From Promethearchaeota archaeon (lineage in GTDB: Archaea; Asgardarchaeota; Thorarchaeia; Thorarchaeales; Thorarchaeaceae), in NCBI GenBank assembly GCA_048939765.1, contig JBHLPF010000055.1, positions 1 to 14,796 on the forward strand: 14,796 nucleotides of DNA. The letters are read 5' to 3'. The translations under genes were made by a program, and so were the position numbers. Of the stretch, positions 8,869-14,796 are shown in pieces. A model generated the notes under the pieces. It did not search any database. It had not been told where the DNA came from and was given only the letters and a program-made list of their open reading frames with translations. Positions within the stretch are counted from its first letter, which is position 1. Each line of letters begins with the position of its first letter.

Positions 8869-9093
8869 GCCGTCTGAGCCAAAGCCTCGATAGTGGTTCA
8901 ATTGCTCTCGTCCGGGAACACTTTCTTTGTCGTGACTTATACCATCGAACGGGCAGATCATCACTCAATGTCACCGTTCATCATTCTGCCCTATGTGTCG
9001 TCTTAGTCGCTCGGCCAACTTCCGAATGTGTTTATGGCTCTGCTCGACACATCAAGCCCAGACGCCTATCGTGAGCGTACTCCTCAGACGGCC
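8868..9093 (-). ncRNA. Candidate ~226-nt structured non-coding RNA of unknown family
   Basis: Closing helix GGCCGUCUGAG/CUCAGACGGCU, four internal stem-loops whose G.U pairs favour the minus strand, a TATA box 30 nt upstream and a U-rich tail. No convincing ORF. Confidence 0.75.
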
Positions 9094-9116
9094 GGAATAC
9101 AGTATGAAGAGTTTTG

Positions 9117-9133
9117 TATTAAAGATTTCTTCG
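9117..9133 (-). promoter_or_regulatory. BRE/TATA promoter for the candidate ncRNA
   Basis: Minus strand reads CGAAGAAATC-TTTAATA. The first T (9123) is 30 nt upstream of the G at 9093 that opens the terminal helix, which is standard archaeal spacing. Confidence 0.65.
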
Positions 9134-9140
9134 CAAGTCT

Positions 9141-9866
9141 TTAGCGGTGCAGCAACCCCTGAGCGCGTAAAATCGTATCGAGGTATTCATTTGGAGGAAC
9201 CTGAGTCACATCGGCGGCGTCTATATCGATGATGTAGATCTTGTCAATCTCTGACAGAGCGAGAGCATCCAGCAATATTGGAGGCGATTTGTAGTACAAA
9301 TCACATTCCCGTTTTATCCGCACAAGCTCCTCCTTATCTCGAAGTCCTGGAGGTCTCAATAGAATACTTGGGATCTGCAATACATGATAGTTTGGGGTCG
9401 CCAGACCGAAAGAGTGGCTGTATCTGCAATAGCGAGCAATCTTTGCAGCAATCCTGGTCTGTCGGTATCTTGTTGGATAGAGCGCAGCCTTGGGCGGGAC
9501 ATAGCCGGTCTCTATCTCCACGACCATCGCCTCCTTTCTCTCAGAAAGCCCAAGGCGCTCGGATATCAAGACGTTCTCAATATCCCGTTCCAACTCAAGG
9601 CCTCTATCACGTACAGCAAAGAGGTCTGCAACGAGTTGACCTCCTACAAGCGGATGCTCACTATCGACCTCATAGCCTTGCTCGATGAGGTGTTTTGCAC
9701 AGATTAACTGCATCACGCTGTGGTTGATCTTGATGAGCCGTTTTCGGTTTAGCTCAACTAGACGATTACGAATCTCTGTTAGCTGGCGCATAGTCTCTTC
9801 GTCTGATGTTGACTCAAACTGTTCCATCAGCGTATCCAAGTCGCGAGAGAACTTGTTCTTGGCCAA
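9141..9866 (-). CDS. Conserved archaeal hypothetical protein with a putative PD-(D/E)XK restriction-endonuclease-like fold
   Basis: KINHSVM, GYEVDSEH, VADLFA, VVEIETGYVPP and KIARY resemble an uncharacterised TACK-type family as I recall it. The E...AD...ExE arrangement fits the nuclease fold. The TTG start follows GGTGGT. Confidence 0.8.
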   Translation of the reverse strand: MAKNKFSRDLDTLMEQFESTSDEETMRQLTEIRNRLVELNRKRLIKINHSVMQLICAKHLIEQGYEVDSEHPLVGGQLVADLFAVRDRGLELERDIENVLISERLGLSERKEAMVVEIETGYVPPKAALYPTRYRQTRIAAKIARYCRYSHSFGLATPNYHVLQIPSILLRPPGLRDKEELVRIKRECDLYYKSPPILLDALALSEIDKIYIIDIDAADVTQVPPNEYLDTILRAQGLLHR

Positions 9867-10033
9867 ACAACCACCAACGATTCCTGTTTCATCAATTGAT
9901 GCAAGGACAATCCTATTACCCAGTCAAGATTGTTGCTACCTTTTAACATAATCCCACGGTGGAATCATCCATCGAGCTTTTCCATCAGGTCAACTTCAAC
10001 AGTTATTCCAAGGCCGAATAAAGCGAGTTTCTA

Positions 10034-10315
10034 TTACCACTCGTCCATTTTCATTATCTCAACGAACTCGATTCCAACCCTGTGTTCTCCATCAGGAAAG
10101 TCATAGGTGTCAATCTCTACCAGTATCTTTCTTCCACAGACTCCAATCATGTACATAGTCAGATGCACCGGGTCAAAGGTATGCAAGACTTCTCGCAGCT
10201 TGTACACTTTCTTATTGCCAACACTCTGAAGCGCAAATCTCTCGAGTTGTCGAAAGCCGCCCCTTCCTTTGGTGCTCCCCAAATCAGTTTCGTCATATCC
10301 AGTAGGTTCCGACAT
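10034..10315 (-). CDS. Small hypothetical protein (93 aa)
   Basis: ATG at 10315 follows a GGGGATGAG SD-like motif, with TTTTATAT upstream (10405-10398). Alternating hydrophobic beta-strands at the C-terminus. Confidence 0.65.
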   Translation of the reverse strand: MSEPTGYDETDLGSTKGRGGFRQLERFALQSVGNKKVYKLREVLHTFDPVHLTMYMIGVCGRKILVEIDTYDFPDGEHRVGIEFVEIMKMDEW

Positions 10316-10424
10316 TCTCTCATCCCCCAAACAGACATAGTGACTTCATGATGAATTCCCTATTCACTGAGATTGTAGGTGGTCTCTTGCATTGCTCATA
10401 TAAAATAGGCTGTTATCCTCATAG

Positions 10425-10577
10425 GCTGGATTACCGAATGCACGTAGAGTATTGTACTATGTACTTCATAGCCATAACGAGAACGTAGGCAGTATTTCAG
10501 ACAAACTGACACTGAGGGAAGAAACAGTCCGTGAGATTCTAAAGCGATTTAGAAAGGACCACGCCCTGTCATTATAG
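10425..10577 (+). pseudogene. Possible small or degenerate HTH protein
   Basis: Open frame AGLPNARRVLYYVLHSHNENVGSISDKLTLREETVREILKRFRKDHALSL* has an HTH-like pattern. The only in-frame start is TTG 10452. Confidence 0.35.
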
Positions 10578-10670
10578 ACAGAATGACAAATCTCTGCTTT
10601 CAGAAAATCTGGAGACAATCCTGCACCACTTATATCGAAGGTATGTTGATACTATGCTCGGGGCTGATTC

Positions 10671-11210
10671 GTGTCGAGTGTCCTCAAGAAACTAGGGCAA
10701 AGAGAACTCCTTGCATTTCTTTGGATTATGATGCTGATTTCAACATGGGTCATATGGGACTCTACAGAGCCAACATATTATGGTGGAACACATACAACTT
10801 TGGAGGCGAGCGAGATAGAGGTCGGTTGGTGGAGCGTACCAACATCCACTGATGAAACAGTGGTGATCAATTATGAAACGGAACTTGGGCCAATAGACCT
10901 CTATGTGGTTTCACAGGACTCCTACAATCGAACAAGTGGGGACCTCCCACAATCGTACTATCTCCATCATTATGGAAACGGTACAGAGTTGCAGCTGAAA
11001 GGCCCATTGCCACGACTCTACACCGTGATTGTGTCTGAAATCGCCCAAGAGATCAACGAGCAGACGTGGACTTACTCATCAGCTGCGATGCTGGCGAGAG
11101 CGCTCGCGTATCCTATCACTGTATTTCTGATTGTGGTCACAGGGATCAATCTGGGTTGGTATTGGAGGACACGGAACGCCTCACAGAACAAAGAGCCCGA
11201 CTTAGTATAG
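10671..11210 (+). CDS. Membrane protein with N- and C-terminal TM helices and an extracellular beta-sandwich-like domain
   Basis: Two hydrophobic segments, GPIDLYVV, and N-glycosylation sequons NRT and NGT. TTATAT at 10630-10635. Confidence 0.78.
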   Translation: MSSVLKKLGQRELLAFLWIMMLISTWVIWDSTEPTYYGGTHTTLEASEIEVGWWSVPTSTDETVVINYETELGPIDLYVVSQDSYNRTSGDLPQSYYLHHYGNGTELQLKGPLPRLYTVIVSEIAQEINEQTWTYSSAAMLARALAYPITVFLIVVTGINLGWYWRTRNASQNKEPDLV

Positions 11211-11309
11211 GATGGCTCCTACTCGCATCTACCCCCATCACTCTTCTTTAATAATGAAAAGCATCGATAGAGCAAGTTCCTTATCTTGATTTGTGACTGT
11301 TGGGTCGCT

Positions 11310-11651
11310 ATGCGAATAGACGACTACCGATTCGGCCGTATCGTGGTCAATGGTCGGGAATACACCAACGATGTCATCATCTTTCCTGACCATGTCGAGA
11401 GTGATTGGTGGAGAAAGAGGGGGCACGAGCTGTGTGTGGAGGATCTCTCCTCAGTCCTTGATTTCAGGCCGAGAATGTTGATTGTTGGCACAGGCAATTA
11501 TGGCAGAATGAAGGTCCTGTCTGAAACCACTAGCATATTGAAGGATGTTGGCTGCGAACTCATCGAGAGAAAGACCAAGGAAGCCTGTGAACTCTATAAT
11601 GCGAGAAGGAATGGGGATGGAGTCGTTGCCTGTCTGCATCTGACATGCTAG
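11310..11651 (+). CDS. Mth938-like domain protein (DUF498/AAMDC family)
   Basis: IDDYRFGRIVVNG, WWRKRGH, LIVGTG, EACELYN and C-terminal HLTC. Start moved to ATG 11310. Confidence 0.92.
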   Translation: MRIDDYRFGRIVVNGREYTNDVIIFPDHVESDWWRKRGHELCVEDLSSVLDFRPRMLIVGTGNYGRMKVLSETTSILKDVGCELIERKTKEACELYNARRNGDGVVACLHLTC

Positions 11652-11677
11652 GATATTTCGAGTCGACATGGAGTACC

Positions 11678-11695
11678 TTGGAACACGTGTTCCAA
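11678..11695. repeat. Perfect 18-bp palindrome between convergent genes
   Basis: TTGGAACACGTGTTCCAA equals its own reverse complement. Confidence 0.85.
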
Positions 11696-11698
11696 CAT

Positions 11699-12028
11699 TC
11701 ATTCCTTCTTCCCATGGAGCAGCCCGTCTGGAATTCCCTCAAGAAGCCCCTTCAACTTGACAATATACTCTCGGAAAGTTTCCACCCCTGAAGGGGTGAT
11801 CTCGACGATGACCAGCGGCCTCCATGAAAGCATTCTCCGACTCCGAACGAGGCTGGTTTCCTCTAGCTTTTTTATGTGATGATCAAGATTGCCCGGCGTA
11901 AGTCCCAGAAGCTGTTTCATCTCAATAAAGCCAATCCTCCTCTTTAGGAAGAGAAGGTACATGATGGAGAAGCGGGGCTGTGACTGGAAGACCCTTTCCT
12001 CTTTGCTAAGAGTCAAGGAGTCACTCAT
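11699..12028 (-). CDS. Winged-helix transcriptional regulator (HTH_34, ArsR/MarR-like)
   Basis: PRFSIMYLL, FIEMKQLLGLTPGNLDHHIKKLEE and EITPSG..F..Y. ATG 12028 follows GGTGGTG. Confidence 0.9.
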   Translation of the reverse strand: MSDSLTLSKEERVFQSQPRFSIMYLLFLKRRIGFIEMKQLLGLTPGNLDHHIKKLEETSLVRSRRMLSWRPLVIVEITPSGVETFREYIVKLKGLLEGIPDGLLHGKKE

Positions 12029-12052
12029 AGTCAGCACCACCCAGCATTCAGA

Positions 12053-12682
12053 CTACGCAGGGGATTTCAGCATCTCAGCAGCCATCCTGTTCATCGCAAT
12101 ACCAGCAAGGATGAAACACACAGAAAAGGCGACCAGTGCGAGGTACCCCAAGAGAATGGTATCCAAGAAGAGTAGCAGGGGAATCGAGCTTAGGAAGAGG
12201 GATAGGCTGAGATAGAGCAGAATCCGGACTTCTCCATGTGAGCCAACTGTTCTTAGAATCATAAAGGTCAGCAGACATGACGCACCAGCTGCCCAGAGAA
12301 GTGATACAATAGTCAGTGATTCAGGAGCCAGACCTGTCAATACAAAACAAACAAACCACACAATACCAATGATGGGGCCGTGCTTCGTGTCAGTGGGCTC
12401 CTCTTCAGATCTCGTCTTGGGGGTGCCCCAAGCACCAAAGAATGTGTAGGCGACAGACCCGAAGCATAGGATGACCGCCATCAGATTGGCAAGAATCGAA
12501 ATGAACCCTGCGTCCAATCCGATTACCTCAGCAACTATGGCTGCATTCATGCTGACGAGGGCACCTAGGGGTAGCACTGTACCAATGACTATCAAAACCC
12601 TCCCCCAGGTCTTCCTGAAGAGGTATTCCTCGTATCTTTCAACAACACTCAGAGCTTGTAGTACCTTGTCAAGTTCCTCCAT
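12053..12682 (-). CDS. Hypothetical 6-TM membrane protein, likely co-transcribed with the regulator
   Basis: About 6 hydrophobic helices after an amphipathic N-terminal helix. Start moved to ATG 12682, which follows GGTGGGGA. Confidence 0.82.
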   Translation of the reverse strand: MEELDKVLQALSVVERYEEYLFRKTWGRVLIVIGTVLPLGALVSMNAAIVAEVIGLDAGFISILANLMAVILCFGSVAYTFFGAWGTPKTRSEEEPTDTKHGPIIGIVWFVCFVLTGLAPESLTIVSLLWAAGASCLLTFMILRTVGSHGEVRILLYLSLSLFLSSIPLLLFLDTILLGYLALVAFSVCFILAGIAMNRMAAEMLKSPA

Positions 12683-12718
12683 AGGATTTCCCCACCATCG
12701 TATGGAGAGCGAACACAC

Positions 12719-12768
12719 ATTAAATGCGGGCCTGTTCTGCATTACAGAACTCATCCACCCCTTAAGTA
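12719..12768. promoter_or_regulatory. Divergent promoters with a central palindromic operator
   Basis: TTTAAT on the minus strand (12724-12719), TTAAGTA on the plus strand (12762-12768, about 29 nt before ATG 12791), and GTTCTG-N5-CAGAAC (12734-12750) between them. Confidence 0.55.
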
Positions 12769-12790
12769 GAATTGCGTCTCTGTCATACAC

Positions 12791-13744
12791 ATGAAATCTT
12801 CATCGATTGTTTTGGATGCTCGGGACATTTCGAAGAGCTACAATGGAACGAGCATATTGGATGGTGTCAGCCTTGAGATCAGGGCGACTGACTTCTATGT
12901 GTTGATGGGTCCAAATGGTTCAGGAAAGAGTACTCTTCTGTCCATACTGGCTGGCACGAACGCCTTTGATGCTGGATGTGTCAGAATTCTCGACAGGGAC
13001 ATTCATCATGACAGACTCAAGGCGAGAGAACATATCGGATATGTTCCTCAGGAGACCTTCTGTTCAGACTTTCTAACGGGAAGGGAGAACCTCGAGTATT
13101 TCGCTGGCTTGCTGGGACTATCAAAGTCCCAGGCAAGAGGAAAGATCGAGCAGCTGCTTCAGATGATGGACTTGAGTGATGAGGCTGACAGACGTGTTGG
13201 CGAATATAGTGGCGGTATGAAGAAGAAGCTCGACGTTGCCACTGCCCTATTGGGTGATGCAAGAGTCCTGTTTCTGGATGAACCAACCACAGGTCTCGAT
13301 CCGGGTGTCAGAAAGGACTTCCTCTCTCTCCTTCAGAAGATCAACAAGCAGGGTACAGCTGTCCTTCTGGTCACGCACATAGGAGAGGATGCCGAGATGG
13401 CCTCCCACGTGGGCTTCATGATACAGGGAGAGATTGTGGCCGAAGGATCACCTGAAGAACTGAAGTGGCTAAGCGGTCTGAAGAGCACCATCATCATAGA
13501 TGCTGTACCGAGGACTGACGAGCTCATGTTACTTCTGGCAAGCCTTAGCGGTGACTGCGTGGTCATTGAGAAGGACGGGCTACTTGAGCTAATATGTGAA
13601 GACCCAAGGAGCATGGTCCCTAAGATTGTGAGCACACTCCAAGAGGCAGGCTATGACATGCACCGTGTGGAGACAAGACCGCCAAGTCTTGAGGATGTGT
13701 TCTACAGACTCACCGATTGTCCGGTTCGAGGTGAAGTACATTGA
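12791..13744 (+). CDS. ABC-2 type exporter ATP-binding protein (DrrA/NodI-like)
   Basis: Walker A GPNGSGKST, Q-loop YVPQE, signature YSGGM, Walker B LFLDEPT, H-loop VTH and C-terminal PSLEDVF. Confidence 0.96.
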   Translation: MKSSSIVLDARDISKSYNGTSILDGVSLEIRATDFYVLMGPNGSGKSTLLSILAGTNAFDAGCVRILDRDIHHDRLKAREHIGYVPQETFCSDFLTGRENLEYFAGLLGLSKSQARGKIEQLLQMMDLSDEADRRVGEYSGGMKKKLDVATALLGDARVLFLDEPTTGLDPGVRKDFLSLLQKINKQGTAVLLVTHIGEDAEMASHVGFMIQGEIVAEGSPEELKWLSGLKSTIIIDAVPRTDELMLLLASLSGDCVVIEKDGLLELICEDPRSMVPKIVSTLQEAGYDMHRVETRPPSLEDVFYRLTDCPVRGEVH

Positions 13745-14517
13745 GCGGTATACGTCAGTTTCATGCTTCGTTTACGCGCTCAATGAGGATCTTTCTCCGA
13801 GACAAAGCCATCATTGGCTCCTCCGTGATGATGCCTGTCTTCTTCCTGGTTGTACTCCCGATGGTGCTCTTTCAAGACGTGCCTCTCGAGATCATGCCGG
13901 CTCTAATGGGGTTCCTTGTCATCGCCATGGTGACCCTCTTGATCATGAGTACTGCGATGAGCAATCTCCCAGGGTCCATTGCCGCTGACAGAGACCGCGA
14001 CCTATACTCCAAGCTCTCTTCAATGCCAGTCAATCCCCTGCATGAATGCGTGGGAAGGATCGCAACGGTGTTCGTCTTTTCTGCCATTGGTAGCGCATTC
14101 GTCATCGTTCTTGGTCTAGTCCTCGGAGCCGAGCTGATAGTGACATTCATTGATCTACCACTCATCCTAGGACTCGCTTCGGTCATAGTTCTCTTTGCAG
14201 CCGGCATTGGGCTAATCATTGCGAGCGTTGTGAAGAGCGAGTCAGCCGCCGCACACATCGGGGTGGCGATAGTGATGGTCAATTACTTCGTTGGAATAGC
14301 TTTTCCATATCGTAACCTGCCAGACCTTCTCAAGCCATTGGTGCATGTGAACCCACTGTGTCTGGGAAACAACATGATTGCTGCACTCACTGTGGGAGAG
14401 GAGTTCTTGGGATACAATCCATTCAACCTCATTGACATCACTGTGATGCTCGTGCTGACTGCGGTTCTATTCAGTATTGGGCTGTACATCTACTCAAGAT
14501 GCTGCTGGAAGAGATAG
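13741..14517 (+). CDS. ABC-2 type exporter permease
   Basis: 6 TM helices, MRIFLRDK, DRDRDLYSKLSSMP and LPDLLKPLVHVNPL. The TTG start overlaps the upstream TGA, with SD GAGGTGA at 13728-13734. Confidence 0.93.
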   Translation: MSGIRQFHASFTRSMRIFLRDKAIIGSSVMMPVFFLVVLPMVLFQDVPLEIMPALMGFLVIAMVTLLIMSTAMSNLPGSIAADRDRDLYSKLSSMPVNPLHECVGRIATVFVFSAIGSAFVIVLGLVLGAELIVTFIDLPLILGLASVIVLFAAGIGLIIASVVKSESAAAHIGVAIVMVNYFVGIAFPYRNLPDLLKPLVHVNPLCLGNNMIAALTVGEEFLGYNPFNLIDITVMLVLTAVLFSIGLYIYSRCCWKR

Positions 14518-14796
14518 TGCATGGCTGCATATGGGGCTATGCAATCATGCGATCTTATCCAATTCTTCAAGACCAGATCCACCATCTATCAATGGCCATT
14601 TGTTAAGTCAGCACTTCTATCGAGCAGCTTGTCTTCCCCGAATTCCTAGGACTCCAATTTGATGCCGCAAATTCATGCGCTCCATGGCTTCTACAGGGCA
14701 CCTATGTGCACATCCCAAATTGGGAGAATATATTAGCAAATATGAGGGTATCTGAGCATAGAATAAGCCCGCGATGCGGACTCGCCATTGGTGCAC

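Noticed and set aside
8951-8991. Eukaryote-like SECIS element (AUGA...GA core)
   Set aside because: The upper helix is far too short and no in-frame UGA selenoprotein candidate is visible nearby.
8869-9092. GCCGTCTGAG inverted pair resembles the Neisseria DNA uptake sequence GCCGTCTGAA
   Set aside because: One mismatch, only two copies noticed, and an archaeal context. Better explained as the closing helix of an RNA.
8869-9092. MITE with 10-bp terminal inverted repeats
   Set aside because: No target-site duplication in the flanks (GCAAGAAA vs CGGAATAC). The external TATA spacing and strand-biased G.U pairs favour a transcribed RNA. Not fully excluded without a copy-number search.
8868-9093. 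RNase P RNA, SRP RNA, tRNA or 5S rRNA
   Set aside because: No GAGGAAAGUCC-type CR-I or ACAGAA CR-V, no SRP helix 8 (CAGG..GGAA..GAGCA) motif, and wrong size and fold for tRNA or 5S.
9062-9093. Hammerhead ribozyme core (CUGAGGA)
   Set aside because: No proper stem II followed by GAAA, and CUGAG is consumed in the terminal helix.
8234-9951. ORF-track entries 8234-8686(+), 8625-8882(-), 8993-9232(+), 9278-9688(+), 9384-9707(+), 9685-9951(+) and similar overlapping short ORFs elsewhere
   Set aside because: Antisense or off-frame shadows of better-supported genes or of the RNA, with no recognisable motifs.
5692-12790. Long N-terminal extensions in the ORF track (starts 5692, 7167, 7641, 11286, 12790)
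   Set aside because: They overlap neighbouring genes or promoters. The downstream starts match family N-termini and most have SD-like motifs.
994-14517. TAG recoding (pyrrolysine), given many TAG stops
   Set aside because: TAG falls at expected family C-termini (Mth938 HLTC*, end of the MFS and the permease), and no gene appears split by an internal TAG.
1-14796. CRISPR array, transposase or integrase
   Set aside because: No regularly spaced direct repeats and no recognisable mobile-element protein were seen.

Overview
Archaeal accessory-type region, probably Asgard/TACK-like. The lineage is inferred from TATA-like boxes, GAGGTGA/GGTGG ribosome-binding sites and an archaeal conserved protein, and is not proven. 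About 18 CDSs are present: two CPBP intramembrane proteases, a B12-binding radical SAM enzyme with an unknown partner, a PNPOx-like split-barrel protein, an MFS transporter, SnoaL-like and DinB-like proteins, a stand-alone DppB N-terminal mini-protein, a PD-(D/E)XK-like conserved archaeal protein, a Mth938-like protein, a membrane protein plus winged-helix regulator pair divergent from an ABC-2 exporter, and several orphans. The main unexplained signal is a ~226-nt multi-branched structured RNA on the minus strand (9093->8868). It has its own TATA box, an 11-bp closing helix, a central symmetric double k-turn/box C-like motif, two hairpins with large internal loops and a U-rich 3' tail. It lies 47 nt downstream of the putative nuclease gene and matches no RNA family I recognise.
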